A stretch of DNA of 64,000 nt from Felis catus (lineage: Eukaryota): assembly GCF_018350175.1 (NCBI RefSeq), contig NC_058368.1:113398001-113462000 (forward strand). Reading direction: 5' to 3'. The position numbers and the translations under genes were made by a program. Shown here piece by piece: positions 1 to 12,715 of the stretch (position 1 is its first letter; each line of letters begins with the position of its first letter). The notes beneath the pieces are model-generated. The model worked only from the letters and a program-made list of their open reading frames with translations, had not been told where the DNA came from and did not search any database.

Positions 1-821
1 AGAGTTTGGTATTTGAGGCACATTCTGTCATGTACTTCTCTCTGACCTCAAACACTTTGATTCTCTTTTTCCAAGTTCACATAAAAGACAGAAAGCTCTC
101 AGATTGGTCTACAGCACCATGAGTCTTGACTCAATCAGAATTCTTCGCTGGTGCCGAGAATTCGTTGTTATTCCAGATAATTAGGAAGCGGAGATAAAGG
201 GCCATTACGTTAGAGAGGCCTAGCCCACTGGGAAGACTGGCCGTCGGCTCCTTGTTTAAAAACAGATTAGTTCCCACTGCTCCCAGAAGGCTTCCAAGGG
301 TATGCTCAGATATGCTAAGCCCCATCCTGACACCCTTTCCTCCTGNNNNNNNNNNNNNNNNNNNNNNNNNNNNNNNNNNNNNNNNNNNNNNNNNNNNNNN
401 NNNNNNNNNNNNNNNNNNNNNNNNNNNNNNNNNNNNNNNNNNNNNNNNNNNNNNNNNNNNNNNNNNNNNNNNNNNNNGAGAATCCCACCCCTAGCTCCCG
501 CCCACCCAGAGCAATAAATCAGAACTAGCCATCTTGACTGGCAGTGAATCCCTGAGAGCAGAGGCCTCTGTGGCTTGTATGACTTTCTGTCCATCCCCCC
601 CGTTTCCCACGAGGGTGTTTTCTTTAAGAAAGCCTAAGACAGTATTTCTAAAACCTGAGTCAGGAAGAATAACACACGGTTGCATACAAACTCTTTTTCC
701 CCTAATGAGTCCTTTTGCCGGTAGGATCTTTGGTATCGAAGAACAGAGTGTGACTATTTCCCTAAGGATCCATTCTGCATTATCTAGTCTTAATGATGGC
801 TGAGACACCCACTGACCTGCT

Positions 822-995
822 CCCCCGGACAACCAGTGATCTGCTTTCTGTCACCAAAGATTAGCTTGCATACTCAAGAAGTATAGGTAAATAGAAATCA
901 TACAGGATATACTCCTTTTTTTGGTCTGTGTTCTTCCACTTAGCATAGTTATGATGAAATTTATCCATACTGATGGATGCATCAATAGCCTATTT
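822..995 (-). mobile_element. L1M fragment
   Basis: aaccagtgatctgctttctgtcacc...aatcatacaggatatact...ttccacttagcatag matches an antisense L1MB/MC 3' region. Confidence 0.75.
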
Positions 996-1182
996 AACTT
1001 TTTTTCATGTTTATTTATTTTTGAGAGACAGATATTGAGTGGGGGAGGGGGAGAGAGGGAGACACAGAATCCACAGCAGGCTCCACGCTCTGAGCCGTCA
1101 GTACAGAGCCCAATGGGGAGCTTGAACTCACGAACTGTGAGATCATGACCTGAGCCGGTCAGATGCTTAATTGACTGAGCCA
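996..1182 (-). mobile_element. Can-SINE (head lost in gap)
   Basis: tttatttatttttgagagacag...gagacacagaatcc...caggctcc...gatcatgacctgagcc. Confidence 0.92.
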
Positions 1183-1329
1183 NNNNNNNNNNNNNNNNNN
1201 NNNNNNNNNNNNNNNNNNNNNNNNNNNNNNNNNNNNNNNNNNNNNNNNNNNNNNNNNNNNNNNNNNNNNNNNNNNNNNNNNNNNNNNNNNNNNNNNNNNN
1301 NNNNNNNNNNNNNNNNNNNNNNNNNNNNT

Positions 1330-1620
1330 GAGTCTTAGAACGGACATATGCTTTCAGTGCATAATCCAGATACAAACCTTTTGTCAAACCTGTGTTTTGT
1401 AAATATTTTCTCTTGGTGTGGCTTGTCCTTTTATTCCTTTTATTATTGTAACAGTGTCTTTTGAAGATCAAGTTTTAAATTTTGATGAAATCCAATTGGC
1501 TGATTTTACTATTATTTTCTTGCTTTTATAGTTCATGCTTTTTCGTGTCCAAAGAAATCTTTGTCAGACCCAAGGTGACTACTCCTGTTTTCTTCTAAAC
1601 ATTTGATATTCTTAGCTCTT
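1330..1620 (-). mobile_element. L1M fragment (continuation)
   Basis: aaatattttctc...ttttgatgaaatccaatt...aagaaatctttgtcagacccaagg matches antisense L1 sequence. Confidence 0.7.
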
Positions 1621-1621
1621 A

Positions 1622-1760
1622 CTGAGACAGAAAATCCCAAGCAGGCTCCACGCTCAGTGCAGACCGTGATGTAGTGCTCGATCCCACAACCCTGGGATCA
1701 CGATCCGAGATGAAACCAAGAGTCAGACGCTCAACCAATGGAGCCACCAAGGCACTCCCC
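1622..1760 (-). mobile_element. Can-SINE (older subtype)
   Basis: aatcccaagcaggctccacgctcagtgcaga...aagagtcagacgctcaaccaatggagccacc. Confidence 0.85.
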
Positions 1761-1812
1761 AAGTTCATATTTTATATACTATGTTATACAATCTTTAAAA
1801 TTTGTAACTACA

Positions 1813-2014
1813 GGGGCACCTGGGTGGCTCAGTTGGTTGAGCATCCAACTTCAGCTCAGATCACGATCTCACAGTTCGTGGGTTCGAGCCCCGCATCAGG
1901 CTCCGTTCTGACGGCTCAGAGCCTGGAGCCTGCTTCGGATTCTGTGTGTGTGTCTCTCTCTGACCCTCCCCCATTCATGCTCTGTCTCTCAAAAATAAAC
2001 ATCAAAGTTTTTTA
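1813..2014 (+). mobile_element. Can-SINE (SINEC_Fc-like)
   Basis: ggggcacctgggtggctcagttggttgag...ttcgagccccgcatcaggctc; TSD-like aaaatttgtaactaca / aaaattgtatctaca. Confidence 0.93.
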
Positions 2015-3638
2015 AAAATTGTATCTACAAAGATTTGTCATATCATAAAATACTCACTTATAAAAATCAACTGAAGAAAGCCTAATACAAATTTTTAAAA
2101 ATGAACCAACAGATAAAACCTAGGACTAGAAAAAAGAATGGATGGAAATGTGCTGGGGTGTTTAATTACTGTTTTTAACTGATGTGAACATTGCCTATTT
2201 CTTGCTTCTTTCTACTCTTCTGTATTGTTAGTGTCTCCTGTAATAAGCATCGAATATATTAAAAATTAATTCCGATATTTAAAAAAATCACTTAAGAGAT
2301 GGCTTCCCGATCCCAGGAAGCCTTCACAGTGCTCTGTGGCACTTAAATGGCCCCTTCAGAAAACCTGAAAGGTGAACAACACTACTGAGAATTCACCCGC
2401 TCCCGAGCCCACTCACGGTGGCTCGACACAAGAAAAGATGAAGCAAAGAACTTCCAAGCAGAATTCTCCAAAGAGAATGTGAGATTACGTGAAGCCTCTA
2501 GATGAAACCAGATGCAAACCCAAATGTAAATACTACCCTAATAAAGGAGAATTCCAGCAAAGGGAGACCCCACGTGGCACCCCACCAGAATTCTCACCCG
2601 TCTGCCCAGATGTTCAGTGGTCACAAATGTGCGTACGTCAAACAGCTTCTCCACTCACTCCATCTCGATGGGCAAGGAAAGCTAATGAAATTCTCTCACT
2701 GATGCGCTCACTGTCCTCTGTCTCAATCGATGTGACAAGACAGCCTAAGTGTGCAGCCTCGTAATCAGCCTGAGGCTGGCCCAGCCGCCTCTCCATGTGT
2801 GTGTAGTGCTGACGATCTGGCAGGTGGGATTTGCCTCGTGAGCTGCTGCAGAGGCCAGACTGGCTGATGGGATTGTCTACAGATGTTTCTCAGAGAGAAA
2901 GATTACTTCCCTGATTGATGAATAAATAGAGTCGTCAACACTGTCTCCTTGGTCAGAGGGGACCCCTGAAGTATAATGTGGCAGGACAGATGTTTCATCT
3001 GGGAAGGTGTCCAAGACCCCAAGAAGAGGTATGTGCTCGACTGATATGGCGGGCAGAGGTATTCAGTCTGTGGGAGGGAGGTGGGGAGGTTGGACCCACA
3101 ACGGCAGTGAACACCACTGCAGAGCCTTCCTGGCTCAGACCACCTCCCAAATCCGGATAAGGGAGTGGGCGCGCTGCCTCAATCACAGCCTCCTCTTTGG
3201 GCTGTTTTTTTCAGTGAACAAAAGGTCCCTATCATCAGGAATGCAGCCATCTTCTTAGCCCTTACCTGCTGTGAATCACAAAGAGGGCGGCAGAAATGAC
3301 ACTGTAATGCTCATGCTAAATCTCACGGCTTCCCCGAGAAGGAAGGACAAGCAGGCAGAGTCACCAGAGGAAGGAGCCAGGCACCTGGTGGGGGCTACCT
3401 TCTTCTTAGAAACATGAAACTGGGGGGTTTCCTGGCTGACCTTCCAAAACGAATGACGTAATAACCATCATCATAATTGTTTTAGCAAGTGGCAGACCAG
3501 CCATCATTATGTGACACTAGACTATATGCCTTACACAAGTGTGTGTCACTGAACTCTCACACAAGGACACGCACAAAAGAGCCCCTGCAAGGATTAGCAA
3601 CAATTGCTACCCATAAGGTCTCTTTAAGAATCACTAGT

Positions 3639-3870
3639 GGGCGGCACCTGGGTGGCTCAGTCAGTCAAAGGATTAAGGGTCCGAGTATTGATTTCTGCTC
3701 AGGTCATGATATCAAGGTTTGGTCCATGAGTTCGAGCCCCGCATTGGGCTCTTGGGCACTGACAGTGCAGGGCCTGCTTGGTATTCTCTCTCTCTCCCCT
3801 TCTCTGCCCTTCCTGCATGCATGCACACTCTCTATCTCACAAAATAAATAAATGAACATTAATAAAAAAA
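3639..3870 (+). mobile_element. Can-SINE
   Basis: ggcacctgggtggctcagtc...gctcaggtcatgat...ttcgagccccgcattgggctc, (CT)n and A tail. Confidence 0.92.
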
Positions 3871-3914
3871 CAATCATGAGAGGATGCACCCCAATAAACA
3901 GGAAAGAGGAATGG

Positions 3915-4065
3915 GTAAGTATTTTCATTGAATCCATTTTACAGACGATGAAGCACAAATTCTGAAAGGTAAAGTACATGCCAAGGTCACAGAGCAAGGC
4001 AGTAGCCAGCCTGGGAAAGGAACCCTGGTTGGTCTCATTCCCAAATCCATGCGCTTAGTCATTGT
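3915..4065 (-). mobile_element. MIR
   Basis: ccattttacagacgatgaagc...ccaaggtcacagagc (MIR core). Confidence 0.7.
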
Positions 4066-4599
4066 AATCCTGTGGCCACCAGAATACGAAGGAGATGAGG
4101 ATTATGCTTTCCACACAAGCAAACAAGTGGTGGTGCTCCCAACAAAGAAACAAGGCACACCCAGACACACACAACCTACACCTGGATAGGCCTGAATACC
4201 AATATGGTTGCAGCCTCCATCTTGCACAGATTTGAGCTTAATGCTGACAAGCTCCTGTCCGGCACTTTCAGAGGGGCTATATTCCAGGAGGAAACAGGCA
4301 ATGGTCTATCCATGTTGCACATCCATATACACACATATACAACCAGATGGTTAAAATCTAGAGCACTATCTCAAAAAGGGTATTTAGGTATTTGCAGCAA
4401 AAGAGGCCCCCTCTTACAACCTTCAAAGAAGGAAGAAATCATGTGCAGCAGGAAACTCTAGGATAGTTTTCTCAGAGTATGTCTGCCTGGAAAACTTCTA
4501 GTGACAACAACAATTATTATTATTATTATTATTTTTTACATCCCACTCCACAGTGAACTTAATTTTCCTTAAGGGTAGGAAAGTATGTAGCTTCAGTGT

Positions 4600-4910
4600 G
4601 TAACACAAGCCTGGCACATTGTAGGTGCTCGGTATCTTTCTGTTAAATGACAGTGAATGAATGGAGAGACAAGGACAGGATGAAGGGAGAGGCTGACACA
4701 CAGTAGTAACAGAAAACAGGAGTTTTGGAGCCGGACGGTCCAGGGTTTGAAACATGGCTGCCACTTCCTAGATGTATAAGCCAATTACTAATGCTGCTCT
4801 GTCTCACTCCCCTCGTTTTTAGAGTGGAGACAAAAATAAATCCCAGCTTGGCAAAAGGGCAGGAAGAATTCACGGATGTGGTGCTGAGCACAATGCATGG
4901 CGTGTGCTAG
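4600..4910 (+). mobile_element. L2 3' end followed by MIR
   Basis: cctggcacattgtaggtgctc...gaatgaatgga, then ttggagccggac...gggtttgaaac...agcacaatgcatggc. Confidence 0.6.
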
Positions 4911-5543
4911 GGTTTGGGAGTGAGATCTATCTTTACTTCTGGGGAGAATACTCCAGTCTGGAGCAAAGAGTAAAACACACTATATCTTGCATCTCAGTCT
5001 TATGGAGACAAAGGGTTACTGTTTTTAGGTGACCACCAGACTGGATCTGTAGCTGTAGGGACCAGGTTTGCAGAGGCAGGGAGGTTGAGGGCTCTGCTCC
5101 AGGGAGTTTCTCTGCTGGACCATGATGGAGCTTCCCAGGCAGTTTAGGAGGAAACCACTTAGGGAATGGAGGGAAATTAAAACACTTTGCAAAAGGAGCA
5201 GCCAATGGGACCAGCATTGCTCAGACTTCAAGAACTGCAGGAAGGGAAAGGACCCATCCGGCATGGTCCCATGGTCGAAACAGAGCTAATGAGCAGAAGC
5301 CACAGGAGATGCACTTCAGTGGGAATCGAGTCCCAGAAAGGCTGCATCCTTTGCTTGAGGTCATGGCCCAGCGCAGGTGGATGGCAGAGCATGTTGCCAA
5401 GTCCAAAACAGGTGTGGTGACTCCAGTGCCCATGGACTGAACACCTACCTCTCCATTGCACAGCAGTACAGAAAGAAGGGAGAACAGGCCCTGCAAATGC
5501 CTTTCTCCCATCCCCACCAACCCAACCCCACTGTTAAAGAACA

Positions 5544-5545
<2 letters not shown>

Positions 5546-5581
<36 letters not shown>
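5546..5581. repeat. (GT)n microsatellite
   Basis: Seen directly. Confidence 0.97.
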
Positions 5582-5583
<2 letters not shown>

Positions 5584-6368
5584 ACACGCACATACGTTCA
5601 TGCATGGGCACATGGTGGTTCTTGCTCCGAGTATTTTTGTAGGACTGAAGGCCCACCAAGAAGACTGAATTCAAAGGCTCTTTCCGTCCTCTATAAAAGC
5701 TTTCTCCCACTGGATGGAGAAAGCTGGGAGAGGTTGAGGGTAAAAAGGCAAAGCTTTAAAGATCTTAAAGAAGAGTGGGGAGACCTCCCTCCGTGCTGGG
5801 GAAGAAGGTGATCAAGTACTACACCCTGAGAAAACAGCAAGGTGTGTTCTCAGGAGAAATGGTAGTGTGGTGGTGCTGAGGAGGAAGAACCCCAAACCAG
5901 GGCACCCCGACTGGCGAAGATGCCCACGGCCCATATATCTGGGCATGAAAGCAGACAACCCTCAGACTCCGAGGAACCTCAAAGGATTATAACACTGACA
6001 ATGTCAGTGACAAGCAAGAGACTAATGACTCAGAACCTGTTTTCTTAGCTCTAAGCTTCCGGGATCTCTGGGGTCATTCCTGAAGGAGGAATGGCCCCCA
6101 CAATGACAAAGAAGGGATTTTCCGTGCATCTGCTCAGATGAGGGCTCAGAGTTAAAGTTGACTTAAAATAAATGCAGGTATTAAAATTTTTTGCAAATCT
6201 GTGTTGGAGAATTGAGATGCATACCCCAGGATGACTGGAGGCACCAAATACCATACAAAATGGCGATAGAAATGCCTGCTCTCCTTCCCCCCTCCCACTG
6301 TCCCCCACTCAGAGATTGGGTACCCCAGATCTGTCAGTCGGAGCGCGCTTCCCGGCCCCCGGCCTTAC

Positions 6369-6483
6369 CTGGGGAGAAGGTGCTTGCGGCTGACACACAG
6401 GGCAGTCTGGTAGTCCTGGGTCACACACACTTTGTGAGGGCTGCACTTCACCTTCAGGCAGGGGTCTTTCGATGGGTCCAGGG
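6369..6483 (-). CDS. SPOCK1: Testican-1 internal coding exon (115 nt, phase 1 in / phase 2 out; probably exon 4)
   Basis: Minus strand reads CCCCTCTTCTTGCTCTTTTTGCCTCAG|CCCTGGAC...CTCCCCAG|GTAAGG: polypyrimidine acceptor and consensus donor. It translates to (A)LDPSKDPCLKVKCSPHKVCVTQDYQTALCVSRKHLLPR, which I recognise as testican-1. The exon number is from memory of the human gene. Confidence 0.96.
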
Positions 6484-7409
6484 CTGAGGCAAAAAGAGCA
6501 AGAAGAGGGGGGCGGTGAGGACTTCTGAGGAAATTTAGTTTCTCTTTCAACTCAAATAAACAAATGGGAAATAAACAGACCACGTGTTTGCACTCTGGGC
6601 GGTTTTCTTAGGCTGATGGGGATTGGAATGAATACCCAAACCGAGGGGAATTCTGTGTCTACTGCACATGTTCTGCTTCAGCATCAGGATAGTGATTCCT
6701 TTGTGCTTTGGGGAGTTGCAGCATCTCCATGTCGGGCAGGAATTACTTTTAAAATCCTTTAGAATCTTACATACTCCAAGGACCAAGAGCTCCTTTTCCC
6801 TCTTTGGTTATCTGCCTGCAATTGCTTTTTATGACTTCATCCATGCCTACCTTTACTTATTTCCTACCACGTAGAAAGTCCTTGAGGACAGAGTTTTTTT
6901 GGCTCCAGTTCAATCGACACGGACTGTGTGCATCAATAAGCCCATGTTAAATTTTGGGAAGAGCTTCAGGAGGCCCAAAACCATTTTGCGCCACGCAAAG
7001 TTCCAACATAATAAGGAAGGGAGAAAGCTATACATAAATATTTATTGTGCGAGGCAGAATGAGATAAGGGCCATGACGGGCATATAAAATGATAACGGAG
7101 CTCCAGAGAAAAACAGAGATCAATTTCTGGGGCAAGGATTAATGAGGCATTAATATGTGAACTGGAAGGATGGGCAGAGTTTGGGAAAGCGAGGTTACAA
7201 AAGGCAGTCTAGACTGCCATGGGTGGACCATCACAGGGCACTTGATCCGATCAGTAAGTGTGGCCTGTGGGTGGTAATGATGGCGGGGGGCAGGGGGCGG
7301 TGTGCGGAGAGGGGATGTGGAGTTGACCAAGGCACTCCAGAAAGGGTCTCCCAAAACAGCGGTTCCAAAACTGCACCGTTTTCCAGAAAAGGCTGAGTGA
7401 CGGGCCCTG

Positions 7410-7890
7410 GGCTAATCAGCGCCCCGCACACCGAGGTGCGCACGCTCATTACGGCAGCGAAGAGGCCGCAGGGAATTCTCCGCAAAGCAAAAGCAATTGT
7501 GCCGTCTCCCAGCTCCAGGCCTAGGCCTATTAGGCAGTAAATCCTTCATAACTTTCTCCTCAGCCCGCGGAGGCGAGGCCTCCCCGTGTCCTCCCCACGC
7601 AAACATTTGGTTAAACAAATTGGCATCCTGAGCAGGGACAGCAAAACTGCCATGAGAAACGCCATCGTGCCCACAGCTGCCGGGTCCCCCGGCCACCACG
7701 AGACCCCTGCCCTTAGAGAAGCCGCGGTTCCTCTCAGCCCGCCCAGGCCCAGAACCTCCACACCATTTTCCTCAGACAGCAGCTGGGAGTTTCTCAAGGG
7801 ACCTGAACACACAACATCCGGAGGCGTTTCTGCTGCTTGAACAGTTCGGGGCGGCTCCGTCCGCTGCAGCAGCACCAGCCGCTATAAACA
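7410..7890. promoter_or_regulatory. CpG-enriched intronic patch (candidate internal promoter/enhancer)
   Basis: Local cluster of CpGs (gcgccccgc, ccgcgg, gccgcgg, ggcggctccgtccgc) in non-repeat sequence; function is inferred only. Confidence 0.35.
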
Positions 7891-8769
7891 CAAGGCAGGG
7901 TGCATTTTTAGGCCAGTGAGGCCAGCAACAAGACCCAGGTCCTGGTCCCAGGGGAGTCATCTGACAGAGCCTATGCCCCAAGGGATCGCCCGGCTGCCCG
8001 AAGCTTAGCAGAGGGAAACGAGGTGCAGGAAGAATAAAAGAGGCTGATTCGAGCCCCAGCGACAGGGCATTCACTTTGAACTCTTCAGCTGAGGGCTGCA
8101 TCTGGGAAGCAATGGCAGCAAGGCTTGTGTCCGCTTCCGGAGTCCTTCAAGCCAAGGCCTTCCAGAAACTCACAACAGGAGTTTCTGGTCCCAGGTGGAA
8201 GGCTCCCAGTCCTGGGGATGTCCACACGAGAAGCCAGGAGGCTGGTATGGCCTCAGACCACTGGCTCTTTCCTCGTGCAGTGTCTCCCACTCCCAACCCC
8301 AGGGTGGCTGTCCAGCCAACTGTGACTTGCCTCCCCAGGCTCATGCAAAATGCAGCCAACCTGAAGAACGATTACCAGATGACTGCTCAAGACGGACCGT
8401 GGCAATCCTCCACTGCTCCTTCTCACACGCCCAGCCACCACAGGATGAGGGAAGACATCGGGGATCTCAAGGAACTTGGGGACCGGACCACAGGCAGCCC
8501 CAGCCAAGGTGCCAGCCTAGGTGCTTCCCTGATAGGTGCTAAGTGCTCCAGAGCCCTCGGGATTTTCATGGGAGTGTATCGCAGAGATGGAAACTAACAG
8601 GCTGCCCTAGGAGGGTGGGTATCCAAATCTGAAGTACTCCATGACCAGCTTCGTGGCCAAATTTGAGGTTCTTTTTGTTTTTGCAGCCAACTGCACAAAC
8701 ACCAATGTCCGTCGACAGGCAGTACAATCTTCAAGGAAGTAAGTCAGCCGAGCATAGTTTGCAAGAGCA

Positions 8770-9140
8770 CACTCCAGACCCGGTGTTTTCGAGGGTGAAT
8801 ACGGCTTACTCATACCTCAGCTGCCTCCTCTATATGGTGAGGGTTATACCACCTGCTCTTGGTTTGGTTATCTTGAGGGTTAAAGGAGCTAATATTTGTG
8901 AGTCCTTAAAGCCAACTTAGTGTATGTTAAGTACCTCATAGGTGTTTGCTAATTTTTTGTGCATCTGGTCCCCAGAATGAGTCATAAGTCTTCATAAGAA
9001 CAAGACCTAACACCCACTGTTTCAGACATGCAATGAACTAAGCCCTATAACTGGATTATCATATTTAATTCTCAAAACCACCCAAGGAGGTGGCTGCTGT
9101 TAATGTGCCCGTTTTACAAATGAAGGTCTTAAAGGGGAGT
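8770..9140. mobile_element. MIR fragments (8770-8950 plus, 9050-9140 minus)
   Basis: cctcagctgcctcctctatatggtgagg...gtgagggttaaa; ccgttttacaaatgaagg. Confidence 0.55.
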
Positions 9141-12100
9141 CACCGATGAGAGGTGCGGAGGGTATCTGACACTTGGCCCATCGACTCCAGAACGCAAACT
9201 CTTCGCATTCATAGGCCAGCAGCAAAACAATCACGTAGGATCTCCTCTGAAGGGTTGACTGTGGGGTCCACCTCACACCAAGTATGGAGCCCACAGGCAC
9301 CATGTTCTTGGGAGTTCTTGGGGCATAAAGAAAGCCAAGGGGTAAGAAGAGGAAGGGGGCAGTGAGAGAATCTGGTGCTTCCCAGGTCGGGCCATGCAGG
9401 ACTGCCCCCATGGACCTCACACAGCCCCAGGGCTTCCCGAGAAGGGAAGGTGCCCAGCTCCGGGAAACCGTGCCCTCTGCGCTCTCCCTCTGAATGCGGC
9501 AACCCTCCAGCTAAGTCAACAGACCAGTGTCCTGGTCGGTCTTCTTTCTGTAGCCTTTCCATGTGTGACACTACCATTAGGCTAACTACTACGGATCGCC
9601 CCCCCCCCCCGCCTCCAATTCTTGAAGCCAGCATTTCTTTACAAAGAAATCCAACGAAAAAATACTAATAAACGAAAATGAGTCACTTAACTCCATATAC
9701 ATACCTAACAATTTGCATACAGAAATCAAGTCTACTAAACATTAATTACCAGGGTCTGAATACTTCAGACATGGATGCGGATTATTTTGAGTAAATGAAC
9801 TTCATAGAACAACAGAACAGTAATAAATCAAGCTGCCAGCATTCATTTAATCACCAAGGGGCATTTTGTTTCCGAAAAACAGCCACACTGAGATGGAAAG
9901 GGGATGAGGGTGGTACAAGGAGTGTGTCATTTCCCTTTAAACGCCGTCTCCCAAGCGAGCTTTTCTAAGCAGCCCCAAGGCTCACAGCAATACTCTGGAA
10001 AGAAGCTGACACCCGCATTGGACAGGGCTGTGTGGCTCCACTTTCTAAAGGGAACGATAACAGATCAGAATAATAAGCAGCATTTGAGAGGCCCTTTAAT
10101 AAGGCGCAGAGAAAGAGTGCAGGTGAGGAGGCAGGGAGAGAGCTGAGTGCTCGTGATAACTGGGAGCAGGCCCAGAAGCTTCCTTGTCAAGGGCTAATGA
10201 TTTCTGGAGCCTGAGCTCTGAGTCTCTCTCTCTCTCTCTCTCTCCAAGCACAGGCTGAGTGACAGGAGGCAGCGATCCCCACAGGATGGCAGAGCCCTGC
10301 GTGCCCTCCACTGCCTCTCTCAGGGCACCCGCAGGACTTCTCCGGGACAGCACACCTGGCACAGAGCAGGTGCCCACGGGAGGTTAATTCCCTCTCTCTG
10401 CCCATTTCCCAAGACCAATCAAGTGTCAAGTGGCAGAAGACACATGTCCAAGTAATTCGTTGACCAATTTTTACAAAAACCATTTTCAAAGAAAAAAAGA
10501 CCAGGAACACATTAATTTAAAGAGAGATTTGTTAAGCTGAAAAACACTGACTTCCAAAGCAAGTTAATTATAGGCTTCGTGTAATTTTTTTTTCATTAAT
10601 TTTATTTTTTAAGCTCACTGCTTGGTCTCAATTAAGGTAGTGATATTTTAATTATCTTAATTGTTTCTAAACTTGTTTTCCGGTTTGAGTTACTTTTTAA
10701 TTAGCTACATTGATTTTAAAATCCAGAATCAAGCCTTTTTGCCGTCGGCGGGCATATCCCATAAGCTCACTGGCAAAGGGTTGTAATTCCTGTGAGAGCA
10801 GAACGGGCTACCCCCTCAGAGGTGCTGAGATGAGGGAATGTTCCATTTTGTGGGTTGGCCCCAGAGTCCCTGAGAGGCGCCCAGGGGGCTGACACACACT
10901 TGGGTTTATTCCCTTAACACCTGTAGAGCTTCTGTTCTGTGCAGGCTAGAGGCCGGCATCTCCAGAGTGAACGTGAAGACATTCCTACCCTCCAGGGGCT
11001 CACAGCTCCATAAGGATGACAGACAACAGAAGGGCAAGTTCAGTGAGTTAGGGGAGATGTGGGTACCTTGGCCAGCCTTTCAGGGGGTAGGGAGAGCTCC
11101 TTGACAGACAGGTATCTATGGAAAATGGGTTTAAGGCAGGTAATAGGGTGAAGAAAACATTCCAGCTCGGAAGCAGCTCTCTTCCCAGAGGAATCAAGGC
11201 AAGTTTGGGGGGAACTAAAGCATTTGTTGGGGCCACTGCAGGTTGCAGCAGGGGTGGTATGTGGGAAAAGTGGACAGAGTGGCAGCAGCACCATGAAGGG
11301 CCTTTAGGGGATCACGGTCTCCAAATCCTACAGTGTTGGCAAACATGGCAGAACCTGGTGACCTTTGGCACATCCTCCCATGCTGAAGTTAGTGGAGAAG
11401 CTATAGGGAGAGAGAACCCTTTATATACCTTTTTCAGGGTAAGTGGCACTTTGATAAGAACAGACAAGCTGCACACTCTCACCCTCCAAAGAAGAGGGAT
11501 ATCAGGGTGGAGGTCTCTGTGGTTGGCTCTTAGAGCTTCCCTTTCCCCCTTTGCAGAACCTCTGGGGACACTGAGCCATGCAGGATTCTGGGAGGCAAGA
11601 AGCCTACCCAGTGAGTCTGACAAGCAAAGACATCATCTACAACAGTCATGTGAACTTGTGGTCCACTCTGGTGACTCCAGGGAACGTCCACAGACAAGAG
11701 GCCGCTCAACCTACAAAAAGTTGACAAATTAATGAATGTTTTCTGTCTTCTTGTTGTTTTGAAGACTGCTCTCTGCCTGAATCATGCTCAACTGAGGTTC
11801 ATCTGAAGAGCAGACACTCCCAGTGATTCATTAGCAGTGACTTAATGGATGAATGACAAAGAAATTACTCCAAACTGCTAAAACCTCGTCAAGCTAAGAT
11901 CCCAAACATTTATTACAGCTTGTCTGTCCCCATGGTAACCTGGGCATGCATCTTGCTCCCCCCCTCTCCCAACCTCTGGAGGGGCTTGTTTACTAGCTGA
12001 CGACAGAGCCGCACAGAATACAAAACAGAAGATGCTGCCCACAGAATTCTGCTGGAAACAGAAGAATGACAGTTTGGAAAACCTCTGTCACCATTTTCAG

Positions 12101-12405
12101 CTTTCCAATCGAGGTACTGGATGTGTTCATGGGAGGCTGAACAAAGGGGCCCAATGGCCATGTGTCTGGATAAGACAGGCAGTTGAGTGACACAGACAAC
12201 TGAACATGTATGCCCTAGGAAGGGGGGGAGGGGACGGGAGTGGATGGGGACACAGACAGATAAGGACAGAGGAACAGAAGATAAAAAAAGGTGCATCTTA
12301 CCTAAGGAACCCGTCCTGAGAAGAGACATTTTCTTTTCCCTTCAAACAGAGGACCTAAGAACTCTTTCCTTTCTGTGTTATAACTAAAAGCATCCTCTCT
12401 CTTAC

Positions 12406-12408
<3 letters not shown>

Positions 12409-12447
<39 letters not shown>
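12409..12447. repeat. (TG)n microsatellite
   Basis: Seen directly. Confidence 0.97.
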
Positions 12448-12448
<1 letters not shown>

Positions 12449-12499
12449 TGGAGGCTAAGTTGTATAAACTGGTAATGGGCAATTATTCAGCCATGTCCC

Positions 12500-12715
12500 T
12501 AAATGCTAACAACGGTTAAATACAGGTAGATGGGTATAGAGGAGTTTATTTTATCATTCCATCAACTTTTGGGTATATATGAAAACTTTAATATTAAAAG
12601 GAAAGAAAAGAAAAAAGAAACATCCTACAAGCCAGCAAGTTAACATATAAGGCAAAAAATGTACATCTCGATAGTCTACAGGAAGAGGAAATTATCAACA
12701 AGTTGAATGTCCATC
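12500..12715 (+). mobile_element. Old L1M (L1ME-like) fragments
   Basis: Degenerate L1M 3' sequence ending aatgtccatc, which resumes at 16212. Confidence 0.55.

Larger units (their letters stand above)
1..6368 (-). other. SPOCK1: SPOCK1 intron downstream of the exon (runs past the window start)
   Basis: Starts with the GTAAGG donor at 6368; the next exon (QKKGNV...) was not seen. Confidence 0.8.

Noticed and set aside
8076-8597. 173-aa plus-strand ORF
   Set aside because: No recognisable homology, non-ATG start, no exon signals; expected by chance in GC-rich intron.
11118-11732. 204-aa plus-strand ORF
   Set aside because: No recognisable domain; antisense intronic and ends in L2-like sequence.
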